Shown: positions 45,898 to 54,823 of the stretch, in pieces | How the letters are laid out: every line of letters begins with the position of its first letter | Position numbering within the stretch: the stretch's first letter is position 1 | Source of the DNA: Escherichia coli | GTDB taxonomy: Bacteria > Pseudomonadota > Gammaproteobacteria > Enterobacterales > Enterobacteriaceae | Reading direction: 5' to 3' (one strand) | Assembly (NCBI GenBank): GCA_025336725.1 | Contig: GCA_025336725.1_3647.1 | DNA length: 64,000 nucleotides | Made by a program: the position numbers and the translations under genes | The notes under the pieces: model-generated | What the model was told of the DNA's origin: nothing | Seen by the model: the letters and a program-made list of their open reading frames with translations, nothing else | The model's database searches: none

Positions 45898-46659
45898 ATG
45901 CGACGACTGATTATTATCTCTGGTGCTGGCTTGAGTGCTGAATCCGGTATCCCCACCTTTCGATCTGGTAGCACTGCAATGTGGGAGAATTTCAGCATCG
46001 ATGAGGTGTGTAACATCCACACCTTTGCCAAGAACTACTATAAGGTGCATGACTTTTACAATGCACGGCGTGTAGCTCTGGGTAGTGTTGAGCCCAATCT
46101 TGCACATCTCCGGATCGCCGAGTGGTATTCTCGCTGGTCTGGTCGTGTAATCAACCTGACCACCAATGTAGATGATTTGCTGGAGCGTGCTGGTGTAAAA
46201 CATGAAGATATTTTACATGTCCACGGGTATTTGCCAGAAATAGTCTATGAGGACGATGAAGGAAGTAATGTCATTAAAGACGTTGGGTATTCGGAGGTAG
46301 ATGCAGGAGAGTATATTTGGGTTAAGCCTAATGTGGTATTCTTCGGAGAAGTTGCTCCAAAGTACACAGACATGTATGACCTATTGACTTCTCTGACAAG
46401 CAATGATATGGTTATCCTTGTAGGGTGCTCAAACACAGTTATCAATTTTAACTGGGAGCTGTTCCCTGCCTGTAACAAGGGCACTAAGCTGTTGATTGTT
46501 AACAAATACGACTCACAGCATTTGGAGGAGAATGGCATTTCACGTAGTGACATTTACCAGTATGAGGATCGCGGCATTCCTGTTTGGTTTAACGGGGCGG
46601 TTGACGCTTTCTCTGATAAAACATTTATTGAAACTGTAGAAAACTTCATGGAACTTTAA
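45898..46659 (+). CDS. Sir2 (sirtuin)-family NAD-binding protein
   Basis: 253 aa; sirtuin Rossmann motif GAGLSAESGIPTFRSG, catalytic-type His (ILHVHGY), VVFFGE and LVGCSNTV motifs; no obvious Zn-ribbon Cys pairs. Confidence 0.7.
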   Translation: MRRLIIISGAGLSAESGIPTFRSGSTAMWENFSIDEVCNIHTFAKNYYKVHDFYNARRVALGSVEPNLAHLRIAEWYSRWSGRVINLTTNVDDLLERAGVKHEDILHVHGYLPEIVYEDDEGSNVIKDVGYSEVDAGEYIWVKPNVVFFGEVAPKYTDMYDLLTSLTSNDMVILVGCSNTVINFNWELFPACNKGTKLLIVNKYDSQHLEENGISRSDIYQYEDRGIPVWFNGAVDAFSDKTFIETVENFMEL

Positions 46660-46672
46660 AAGGAGACCTTTA

Positions 46673-47386
46673 ATGCTGAATACTAAGTTAATTGACAATC
46701 TGGAAAAACTGTCCCAACCTGAAAACTACCTTTGGTCTGCCAACTGGGTGGAAAACTGGAACCGTGTGGCAGCTAAAGTGAAAAAATCATACACACCATT
46801 CGAATTACAGCTTAGCTTCATTGAGGAAGAGTTTAATGAAGTTCTGGAAGAGCTGGAGAAAGGTGATGGTGGAGATCATCTGCTAAAAGAGGCCTGCGAT
46901 CTTCATGTTGTTACAAGCTATGCCGCTTATCTTGTTAATGATAATCATGAAAAGTGGTCAAACCTGTTTGATAATCCGCGAGGTCTTAAGTTTAAGATCG
47001 GTGAGTTCTATGACACACTGATCGCTGCGAAAAACACCTCCAAGCAAAAAGCTTCTGCTTACCGCCTGGCGGAGTTGTCAACAGCTTTGCTATTCCAGCT
47101 TCGCGGTGATGTGTGCGGGATGATGCGGAAGGTTCTCAAATCTAATGACAGCAAGTTTGCACGGGTCAACCATCTACGGTATTCACACGGTGCCAGTGCA
47201 GATATGCCTGCTGAACAACTCGTAGAGTTAGAGATTAAAGATCTTGAGCGACGCTTCGATGGTCGATATGAAGGTTTTGTTGCTAAAGAAGAATTCTACA
47301 ACGGTAATAAGGTTATCATCTTCCTTGACAGCAAAGGTAAGATCATGAAGCCTTCAAGCTTCAAGGATGTAACAGAGTATATTTAA
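46673..47386 (+). CDS. hypothetical protein, possibly MazG-like NTP pyrophosphohydrolase domain
   Basis: 237 aa; N-terminal FIEEEFNEVLEELEKGDGGDHLLKEACDLHVV resembles the MazG/HisE helical EExxE...D motif. Confidence 0.3.
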   Translation: MLNTKLIDNLEKLSQPENYLWSANWVENWNRVAAKVKKSYTPFELQLSFIEEEFNEVLEELEKGDGGDHLLKEACDLHVVTSYAAYLVNDNHEKWSNLFDNPRGLKFKIGEFYDTLIAAKNTSKQKASAYRLAELSTALLFQLRGDVCGMMRKVLKSNDSKFARVNHLRYSHGASADMPAEQLVELEIKDLERRFDGRYEGFVAKEEFYNGNKVIIFLDSKGKIMKPSSFKDVTEYI

Positions 47387-47392
47387 CAACAT

Positions 47393-47418
47393 AGCCGGGG
47401 TTACCCGGCTTTACCTGT
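47393..47418 (+). terminator. rho-independent terminator-like hairpin
   Basis: AGCCGGG-GTTA-CCCGGCT followed by TTACCTGTTGTGG; immediately after the stop of the 46673-47386 gene. Confidence 0.45.
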
Positions 47419-47449
47419 TGTGGAAAGTAGTAAAGTGAGGTAGTTAGTT

Positions 47450-47758
47450 ATGTACAAGCACTCCAGGTATCTTGAAAACGATGCTGTGTTTGGGGATCAG
47501 ATGAAAGAATTGGTTAAACTTATAGGCAGGATAGAGGATAAGTTTGACACTAAGATCTACATCGACAGCAAGGTCTTCAACCACAAAATATGGACAAATG
47601 TGTGTGTTGGACTACATGGGGATAGAGATGTAGTAAATTTAGTTGTAATTAAGTTCATAGTGTGGCAGAATAAGACTATAAGTTATTACGATCCACATCT
47701 GCTTGTTTACCCGATAAAAGATCTATTAGAGAAGGAGGACTGCAATGCCATTATTTAA
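47450..47758 (+). CDS. hypothetical protein
   Basis: 102 aa ORF; GTGAGGTAG RBS-like sequence upstream. Confidence 0.4.
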   Translation: MYKHSRYLENDAVFGDQMKELVKLIGRIEDKFDTKIYIDSKVFNHKIWTNVCVGLHGDRDVVNLVVIKFIVWQNKTISYYDPHLLVYPIKDLLEKEDCNAII

Positions 47759-48011
47759 TCTTGCTAAACCTGTAGAAGCACACCAGTTTGATGGAAGCTC
47801 TTCCTCAGCATCTGATCTGCAACGGTGGATTGATACAGGTGAGTTTACATCGTCACCTGTTCGGACCAGAGATATTCGTCGCATGTGTGAGCTTGTCGAG
47901 CGTTTGGTAACCTGGTCTTTTACAGGGGATTGGTTAGTTGACTTTATGGGAGACTGGCTGGTAATGAGTAAAGAAGAAATGTTTAAAATTTTTAAGGAGG
48001 AGACTGAGTAA
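47745..48011 (+). CDS. hypothetical protein
   Basis: 88 aa ORF overlapping its neighbours by a few nt (operon packing). Confidence 0.4.
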   Translation: MPLFNLAKPVEAHQFDGSSSSASDLQRWIDTGEFTSSPVRTRDIRRMCELVERLVTWSFTGDWLVDFMGDWLVMSKEEMFKIFKEETE

Positions 48012-49312
48012 TGCATCAAATCAAAACACCCCTGTACGCACTAAACAAAGATGGCAGTTACCAGCAGTGGAAAGTATTCACAGATGGTGAAAAGGTTATC
48101 GTAGAGTTTGGCAAGCTTGGCGGTAAATTGCAGTATAAAGAAACAGTATGCACGCCTAAGAACGTAGGTCGATCCAACGAGACTACAGCTGAGCAACAGG
48201 CCGAGCTGGAAGCGATCAGTAAGTGGGAAAAACAAGTTCGCCTGGGGTATGTTGAGAATATGGAAAATTGCGAGCAGGGTGTTGACCTTTTACCCATGCT
48301 GGTGCATGACTACCTGAAGCGTGGCAAGGCACTTAAATTACCTTGCTGGATCTTGCGTAAGTTAGATGGCCTTCGTCTGCTTGTTGTTTTCCAAAATGGT
48401 GAGCCTAAATTTATTTCCCGTGGTAATAAGTCCTACCCTATTCAAGGAAAGCTTTTAGAGCAACTTCGTTCTTTCCATTCTACCACTGGGATTAAACAAC
48501 TTGATGGGGAACTATACATTCATGGTCTTCCTTTGCAGAAAATAGTGTCTCTTGCTAAACGGTGGCGCACACAGGAAGAGATTCAGGCCGAGATCGATAA
48601 AGACTACGAGGCAGATAAAAAACGCCGTCATGCCGCAATTAAGGCAGGCTTATCAACATACAAAAACTTCAATAAGGTAGATATTCCTGTTGATGTTGAG
48701 CCTGTTCGTGATGATTTGCGTTACGGAGGGTATTGTAGCTATGACTTAGAGTATCATATTTTCGACATCCCTAGCGACAAGGTATGGTGGGATCCGGAAA
48801 CAGAATCTGGACGCTGTAAGGATCTTATGGATGCAGAAAATACCATTACCACTCTGATGCTTGACCATATCAAGGTTGTTGACGCAGAACTTGCGTACAC
48901 AGTTGATCATTGCGAAGAATCTGTTGGTGTATTCATGTCCGAAGGGTATGAAGGCACTATCATGCGTAACTTCTGTGGTAAATATGAATACGGTCAGCGA
49001 ACATCTGAAGCGTTGAAATGGAAAAAATTCAACGACACGGAAGCCAAAGTGGTGGATGTAGAAAAGGATAAGAACGATGAGGGTGTTCTTGTCTGTGTTG
49101 ACAAGGAAGGTGTTGTTGTTAAAATGAAGATGAAAGGGACGCACGAGGAGCGTAGTTATGACCGGATGCTGGAGTTGATTGGTAAGTTTGTGACTTTTAA
49201 ATATCAGGCGCGAACAGAGGATAACAACTTCCAGTTCCCGGTGGCTATATGCGTCCGAAATGTTAACCAGACACTTGGGAGGTGCTGGAATAATATAGGG
49301 TTTAGTAGGTAA
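48011..49312 (+). CDS. ATP-dependent DNA ligase (nucleotidyltransferase superfamily)
   Basis: 433 aa; motif I KxDGxR (LRKLDGLRLLVV), motif IV EGYEGTIMR, motif V ALKWKKF. DNA versus RNA ligase not resolved by eye. Confidence 0.55.
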   Translation: MHQIKTPLYALNKDGSYQQWKVFTDGEKVIVEFGKLGGKLQYKETVCTPKNVGRSNETTAEQQAELEAISKWEKQVRLGYVENMENCEQGVDLLPMLVHDYLKRGKALKLPCWILRKLDGLRLLVVFQNGEPKFISRGNKSYPIQGKLLEQLRSFHSTTGIKQLDGELYIHGLPLQKIVSLAKRWRTQEEIQAEIDKDYEADKKRRHAAIKAGLSTYKNFNKVDIPVDVEPVRDDLRYGGYCSYDLEYHIFDIPSDKVWWDPETESGRCKDLMDAENTITTLMLDHIKVVDAELAYTVDHCEESVGVFMSEGYEGTIMRNFCGKYEYGQRTSEALKWKKFNDTEAKVVDVEKDKNDEGVLVCVDKEGVVVKMKMKGTHEERSYDRMLELIGKFVTFKYQARTEDNNFQFPVAICVRNVNQTLGRCWNNIGFSR

Positions 49313-49326
49313 CGGGGGTCAATTGA

Positions 49327-49428
49327 ATGATGGTTTTTCAATTGTCTCCTGCATATGCCCTGATATTCTCACTGTGCAACATAACCATGCTGTGCAGTGT
49401 TGTTGATCGGGTTCGTTATGAGTGAACT
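49327..49428 (+). CDS. tiny hydrophobic ORF upstream of the endolysin (speculative membrane peptide)
   Basis: 33 codons (MMVFQLSPAYALIFSLCNITMLCSVVDRVRYE) with one hydrophobic stretch; G-rich sequence upstream; below the ORF-track size cutoff. Confidence 0.2.
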
Positions 49429-49442
49429 GGAGAGTATGGAAA

Positions 49443-49931
49443 ATGAAACTTGATAAAAATGTTCAACGAAAAGCTTTCTTGGATATGATCGCATATTCAG
49501 AAGGCACAGATAATGGTAGACAACCTACCAAGGATCGGGGATACGATGTCATAGTTGGTGGCAAGCTGTTTAGCGATTACAGCAAGCATCCAGGTGTGTA
49601 CGTTAAGCTAAATTCTAAACTTACCTCCTCTGCCGCTGGTCGTTACCAAGTTTTGGAGAAGTTTGCTAAACACTATATGAAGCAGTTAGGATTGCCAGAT
49701 TTTGGCCCTGACAGTCAGGATAAGATTGCCTTACAGCTAATCCGTGAGTGCAAGGCACTTGATGATATTGATGAAGGGCGTATTCATCAGGCCATTTATA
49801 AATGCCGCAGCCGCTGGGCAAGCTTCCCACCACCACCAGGGGCTGGAAAGCTGTACAATCAGCGAGCAGAAAGTATAGACAAGATGCTGGAGATCTTTAA
49901 GAAGGCAGGTGGAGTTGTTACAGATGAGTAA
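49443..49931 (+). CDS. endolysin, lambda R-like lytic transglycosylase
   Basis: From ATG 49443 (GGAGAG RBS): MKLDKNVQRKAFLDMIAYSEGTDNGRQPTKDRGYDVIVGG...AAGRYQ closely parallels lambda R (NQRKAFLDMLAWSEGTDNGRQ...GYDVIVGG...GAGRYQ). Confidence 0.75.
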   Translation: MKLDKNVQRKAFLDMIAYSEGTDNGRQPTKDRGYDVIVGGKLFSDYSKHPGVYVKLNSKLTSSAAGRYQVLEKFAKHYMKQLGLPDFGPDSQDKIALQLIRECKALDDIDEGRIHQAIYKCRSRWASFPPPPGAGKLYNQRAESIDKMLEIFKKAGGVVTDE

Positions 49932-50607
49932 CGGGATTGACTGGTGGAGTGTCTTTAGATACGATACAGGCACTGGAAGGTTGTTTTGGAAGTCCCCACC
50001 AAAAAACAAACCTCAACTGATGGGAAAGGAGGCTGGATGTACTAACATGGACGGGTACAGGGATATAATCTATCGCGGCGTGCATTACTACAGGCATAGA
50101 TTGGTGTGGGAGATGCATTATGGACCAATTCCAGAAGGGTACGAAGTTGATCACATAAAGCCACTTTTCTATTCCGATGGTGTTGCTGATGACAGGATAG
50201 AAAACCTACAGCTGTTAACACCAGAAGAAAACGCAAAAAAGGCGGCAGATGACGGATGCCTGGCACGCAAGATACCTAAATCTAACACTGGACACTTGGG
50301 TGTATATTTTCATGCTAGAACTGGAAGGTATGCTGCTTTTGGTAAGGTAGGTCATTACTATAAGAAAGACCTAGGAGAATACGATACCTTAGAAGAGGCC
50401 CTTGCTGCTCAAAAGTCTTTTGAAAGTGGCACGTTTGTCAGGGAATATCGTGGACAGCCTTTAGGGAGGGATAAATCTAGAGGTGTCAGATTTGAAGCAG
50501 ATAGGGGCAAATGGAAAGTAACTTTCAGAGGAAAAACGATAGGCAGGTTTGACACCAAAGAGTCTGCTGAAGCGTGTTACGCAAAGGCTCTTGCTGAAAG
50601 ATTGTAA
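49909..50607 (+). CDS. HNH homing endonuclease with AP2 domains
   Basis: 232 aa; HNH motif YRHRLVWEMHYGPIPEGYEVDHI...ENLQLLTPEEN; two AP2-like segments (GVYFHARTGRYAAFGK, GVRFEADRGKWKVTFRGKTIGRFDTKESAEACY). Confidence 0.7.
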   Translation: MELLQMSNGIDWWSVFRYDTGTGRLFWKSPPKNKPQLMGKEAGCTNMDGYRDIIYRGVHYYRHRLVWEMHYGPIPEGYEVDHIKPLFYSDGVADDRIENLQLLTPEENAKKAADDGCLARKIPKSNTGHLGVYFHARTGRYAAFGKVGHYYKKDLGEYDTLEEALAAQKSFESGTFVREYRGQPLGRDKSRGVRFEADRGKWKVTFRGKTIGRFDTKESAEACYAKALAERL

Positions 50608-50615
50608 CAGTATCA

Positions 50616-50644
50616 TTGACATGACCACACGGACGTGGTATTGT
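50616..50644 (+). promoter_or_regulatory. candidate sigma70-like promoter
   Basis: TTGACA (50616-50621), 17-bp spacer, TATTGT; followed by AAGGAGGG RBS and ATG of the 50676 gene. Confidence 0.35.
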
Positions 50645-50675
50645 TTCCTCATAAAATATTAAGGAGGGTTTAACC

Positions 50676-50882
50676 ATGAAAGATTTTCTGTTGGCAATTT
50701 TGTTCATGGTAGCATGTTTGGCCTGTGGTGTCGTATTTGCAGGTGAAACAGCGTACCTTGTCGATGTATATCGAGACAATGGTAAACGTATTTGCCTTTA
50801 TGAAACAAGCCAAGGTGAACTCTATGAGCTTGTGAAACAAGGCGAGGCAGGTTCCTGTCCTCGCACCCATTTCTTTGAATGA
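50676..50882 (+). CDS. small secreted or membrane protein
   Basis: 68 aa; N-terminal hydrophobic signal/TM segment (FLLAILFMVACLACGVVFA); strong RBS AAGGAGGG. Confidence 0.45.
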   Translation: MKDFLLAILFMVACLACGVVFAGETAYLVDVYRDNGKRICLYETSQGELYELVKQGEAGSCPRTHFFE

Positions 50883-50894
50883 GCGGGGGATTAC

Positions 50895-51357
50895 GTGGAA
50901 GACGGTCGTTTAATGAAGTCTGAACGCAGGCTTATTGTGCAGCTGATCCCAGAAACAGCTTGGTATAATAACCTACGAAACGCTGTGAAGAAGAGCGAGT
51001 GGGATAAGATCCGTAAGAAGTGCTACAGAGAGGCCAACTACACTTGTGAGGTGTGTGGCGGTAAAGGTAGCAAACACCCAGAATTAGTGTCATGAACTTT
51101 ACACTTTCGAAGGGGGTGATCGGCTTGTAGGACTGATAGCGTTGTGCCCAGACTGTCACACATCGGTGCATCCAGGGTTAGCAAATATCCGTGGAAAGTA
51201 TGCTCAGGCAGTTAATCAGTTGGCTAAGGTGAATAAGATCACCAAGGGTATGGCAGAGGCCTATTACCGAGACTGCTTTGCAGAGTGGCGTGAGCTTAGT
51301 AAAGTTCCAGAATGGAAGACTGACTTTTCGTGGATAGAGGGTTACCTTGATGGCTAA
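50895..51357 (+). pseudogene. HNH-type nuclease split by a frameshift near 51085-51095
   Basis: ORF 50895-51095 ends ...CEVCGGKGSKHPELVS; the next frame is open from 51088 and reads CHELYTFEGGDRLVGLIALCPDCHTSVHPG...; together they give a CxxC...H...CxxCH...H HNH signature. Confidence 0.45.
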
Positions 51358-51640
51358 GAAACCTGCAAAAGAGAAATTTGATAAGACAGCTTTTGTATTC
51401 GATACACCTTTGGACGATATCATCAGAGGTATGCAAGCCTTGTATCGGAAGTCTGAATCTGAGCAGTTGTCGGAATCAGAGCTTTACTGGTTGGGTTGGT
51501 GGGAGCTTAATCTGCCTAAAGCTGAAAGCTCTAATCTAAAAATCGTTAAAACGTGTGCCCAAGAAAATGCTGCACTTGGGATTTACCACAAAAGAAAAAG
51601 ATCAACAAAAAGCTCTCCAAGAAAGACTAAAAAGTCTTGA
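51347..51640 (+). CDS. hypothetical protein (basic C-terminus)
   Basis: 97 aa ORF ending in a Lys/Arg-rich tail. Confidence 0.4.
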   Translation: MMAKKPAKEKFDKTAFVFDTPLDDIIRGMQALYRKSESEQLSESELYWLGWWELNLPKAESSNLKIVKTCAQENAALGIYHKRKRSTKSSPRKTKKS

Positions 51641-51666
51641 CAAAAGTGTTATTAATCTGATATTAT
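51637..51666 (+). promoter_or_regulatory. candidate sigma70-like promoter
   Basis: TTGACA (51637-51642), 18-bp spacer, TATTAT (51661-51666); upstream of the RBS (AGGAGAA) and ATG at 51700. Confidence 0.45.
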
Positions 51667-51699
51667 CGGTCAGATACATATAAACTAGGAGAACTAGAT

Positions 51700-52008
51700 A
51701 TGCTTAAAATTTTTATTGTTGAAGATAAAGATATTGTCCAGTTGTATGCAAACGAGAATCATAAAGGTATGATTCTGAAGAAGGCAAGCAACCTTCATGA
51801 AAACACAATTCAACCTGGTGATGTAATTAAGATCTGTGGTTATATGATGCCAGACTCCTTGATGAAAATAACCCACCACTGGGGGTCTAATCCGTTCCTT
51901 TTTGAAAAGTATTGGGATGTTGAATCACTTATTGCAGAGAGTGATGATGCATTCCATTACAGCATCCAACCATCTTGCAGAATAACTAACAGGAGGGTCT
52001 TTGAGTAG
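51700..52008 (+). CDS. hypothetical protein
   Basis: 102 aa ORF with AGGAGAA RBS. Confidence 0.4.
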   Translation: MLKIFIVEDKDIVQLYANENHKGMILKKASNLHENTIQPGDVIKICGYMMPDSLMKITHHWGSNPFLFEKYWDVESLIAESDDAFHYSIQPSCRITNRRVFE

Positions 52009-53140
52009 AGAATATCCACTTATTGAGTCCATAGATTGTCTGGCTGATCTTCTTGAACCTGACGCTATAGTTTATTATGACTTCGATCAGGTTGCGTATC
52101 AAGCTGCAGCAAGTTGTGAAAAAAGGACAATTGAGGTAACACACAAAGCCTCCGGACGTAAGAAGATGTTTAAAACACGAACAGAGTTCTGGGGGCGGCA
52201 GAAGAACACCGTTGGTGGTTGGTTAAAAGCTGAGAATACCAACCGTGAAGCTGCATGTAAAAAGGCTGGCAAGGAGTTTATTCCGTGGACACGAGAAGAT
52301 TTCGATGTCTTGGATATCCAAACACCTGATCCTGTAGAGAACTGCTTGCACACAATTAAGTGTAAAGCTAATGCAGTTCTTAATTATCTTGGTATTCCTG
52401 AAGATCGGTGCGTGGGGGTACTTGGAGGCACAGGTAATTTCAGACTAGATCTTCCCATGCCGGAAAGATATAAAGCCAACCGTAACAATACTCTTCGACC
52501 ACTGCTGCTTGGAGATGCAAGACAGTATCTCCAAAAGCAGTATAATGCTCAAGTGATCAACGGTATCGAGGCTGACGACTGGTTAGCTATCCAGCAATTT
52601 GAAGGTTGGAACCACTACCAAAAAACAGGTAAGTTCAACAAGTTTATTATCTCTATTGATAAGGACCAAAGAACACTACCGGGGCTTGTGTTCGATCCCA
52701 TGCGAAACGATAAGGGAGATTTTGTAAGGGAAACCCCTATGCTGATCGATAACGGTATGGGGAACATCTTCATGAAGCCTAATGGAGAGGTTGGTGGTTA
52801 CGGAATGCTGTTCTTCGGATACCAAATGCTGTGTGGTGACTCTGCTGACAACATCAAGCCGTATCAAGGACTTATCGGTAAGGGTAAGTTCGGGGATGCC
52901 TCAGCATTCTACCTGCTGTCTCAGTGCAGCACTCCAAAGGAGATGTGGGTGGCTATTATTGATCAGTACAAGAAGTGGTTCCCGAAAGGTGTTGTTAAGT
53001 ATACTGACTTCAATGGTATTGATCGTAGAATTTCCGTAGGTCAATGGATGAGTATAATTTTTGACTGTTTGTATATGAAGCGAACATTCAATGATCAAAC
53101 AAAACTTGTTAACGTTCTTAGAAATGTTGGAGCAATTTGA
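52001..53140 (+). CDS. 5'-3' exonuclease / flap endonuclease (RNase H-like)
   Basis: 379 aa; motifs IEADDWLA and LCGDSADNIKPYQG typical of FEN/Pol I 5'-nuclease family. Confidence 0.6.
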   Translation: MSREYPLIESIDCLADLLEPDAIVYYDFDQVAYQAAASCEKRTIEVTHKASGRKKMFKTRTEFWGRQKNTVGGWLKAENTNREAACKKAGKEFIPWTREDFDVLDIQTPDPVENCLHTIKCKANAVLNYLGIPEDRCVGVLGGTGNFRLDLPMPERYKANRNNTLRPLLLGDARQYLQKQYNAQVINGIEADDWLAIQQFEGWNHYQKTGKFNKFIISIDKDQRTLPGLVFDPMRNDKGDFVRETPMLIDNGMGNIFMKPNGEVGGYGMLFFGYQMLCGDSADNIKPYQGLIGKGKFGDASAFYLLSQCSTPKEMWVAIIDQYKKWFPKGVVKYTDFNGIDRRISVGQWMSIIFDCLYMKRTFNDQTKLVNVLRNVGAI

Positions 53141-53472
53141 TGACTAAAAATGCTGTAGATAACGCAATTATGGAAGCTGTTTTTGAGGATGACCATACAA
53201 CAGGGACACTTAAAACAAAAAACACATTCGTTGTTGCCACAGGTATGTGGCGGTTGTATGAAGATGACACCATTTCATACATCCTGTACACGGATGATTA
53301 CGCAGATGACCGTGTATGGTCTGCTGTTTTAAAAGAGGATTGTGAGCTGATTGATGGCGAGCGGTTATGCATGTTCACCAGTGTGGAAACCGATGTTAAG
53401 CTTTGCTCTCTCGTCTTGTTCAAAGATAAGGCTTATGCTCCTGATGAAGGAGAGGAGGATAAGGAAGCATGA
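53137..53472 (+). CDS. hypothetical acidic protein
   Basis: 111 aa ORF. Confidence 0.4.
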   Translation: MMTKNAVDNAIMEAVFEDDHTTGTLKTKNTFVVATGMWRLYEDDTISYILYTDDYADDRVWSAVLKEDCELIDGERLCMFTSVETDVKLCSLVLFKDKAYAPDEGEEDKEA

Positions 53473-54096
53473 GAGAGCGTCTATTATCCATAGACCAGTC
53501 GTTGACACACACAGCTTGTGTTGTATGGGACGATGGAAAGCCTGTTCATAAGGTTGTATTACGAACTCAAAGCTCATCTGCAAAAGAGAAGAAACCAGGG
53601 ACGGTTTCTTTTGCAACAGCTGCTGAGCGTATTGACTGGATCTGCAAACAGGTCAGATATTATATCCACACGCACGGAGTTGACACCGTGGTTATGGAAG
53701 GGCTTTCCTTTGGATCACGCGGGGATGCCACACGTGAACTGGCGGGTTGTTTTACGGTCTCGAAGTATGCTTTGGGATGCTTTAGCAGATTGTGAAAATG
53801 ACGGCCTGTTTAAGGTCCACACAGTAACACCGACAACCGCCAAAAAGTTTGCTCGTAGTCATCTTCCTGAAGAACTTGCTTTTGAGGAGAAGAAAAAGCT
53901 TGACAAAAAGACAGGTAAAGAGCATACTGTGAAGAAACCTGTTACGATGGATAAAAAGTTAATGGTTAAGGCCTGTGAAGTATCTGAACCAGGGTTTCTG
54001 GATGGGATCAATTTAAGATACAAGGTAAGGCCGATCTGCAGATGCCTACGGATAGGCAGGGCGCATCTGGAGGGATTATCGCAAAGCGTAAAATAA
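53469..54096 (+). CDS. RuvC-like resolvase-family protein, reading frame shifted near 53770-53800
   Basis: Frame A (53469-53795) has LLSIDQSLTHTACVVWDDG...VVMEGLSFGS (RuvC-like Asp/Glu motifs); frame A then hits stops while frame B continues ...LWDALADCENDGLF... to 54096. Confidence 0.35.
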
Positions 54097-54651
54097 GAAA
54101 GAAAGCTGTCAAAGCTCCCGTTCATAGCGGGTGGCTAAAAGATTCTAAGGACATAGCCAACTTTCGGAAAGAATTGTCAGAAGAGCAGGATGGCCTTGAT
54201 CCGATCTTGTGCGAGCCACTTCGTAAGCCTTGTTTAGATCATGATCATCTGACTGGTCGTTGCAGAGGTGTTTTGTCCCAATGCACTAATACCTTTGAAA
54301 GATATGTGCTTAAATACTGGATGAAATACTGTAGCGAGTATCAGGTGCAGTTTATCAGAGGCGTTGCGCCGGATGGCTGACTATCTGGAGAAAGACTACA
54401 GCGACTTCCCGCTCCACAAAAACTACAGAGACGATATGACAAAGTTCTTGAGGAGATGCTCTAAAGCCACAATTATTGCACGAGCAGAATCGGATCTCGA
54501 TCTTGTCATTAATCCAGAGTACACTAAGCATGAGGCTATTGAAGCCTACATGCAGGAGTTCATAAAGAAAACTGAGGAGAGAGACTTCTATGGGGATGAA
54601 AAAGGTATTCAATCCTTGCGATTCAGTTCTGATCAGGATGAAATACCGTAA
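54042..54651 (+). CDS. endonuclease VII-like resolvase (T4 gp49-like), reading frame shifted near 54365
   Basis: Frame A has QDGLDPILCEPL...CLDHDHLTGRCRGVLSQCTN (T4 gp49: QNGKCLICQREL...LDHDHELNG...RGLLCNLCN); after the stop at 54378-54380 the next frame continues ADYLEKDYSDF... (T4: VDYLEWLENLL). Confidence 0.45.
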
Positions 54652-54811
54652 CTGGAAAGGTGTTGTTGCAGATCGCCGCGTTACTGAACCTAATTTATGG
54701 TTTGGTTCTACAGAGTATCATAAAGAAGAGCAGTGGTTGATGCATGCCTTTGATGTAGACAAGGGCGAATATCGTGACTTCGCTTTAAAAGACATTCTTC
54801 AGTTTTACTAA
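54590..54811 (+). CDS. hypothetical protein
   Basis: 73 aa ORF; overlaps the end of the resolvase reading frame, so its start is uncertain. Confidence 0.3.
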   Translation: MGMKKVFNPCDSVLIRMKYRNWKGVVADRRVTEPNLWFGSTEYHKEEQWLMHAFDVDKGEYRDFALKDILQFY

Positions 54812-54823
54812 GGAATCTTAACG

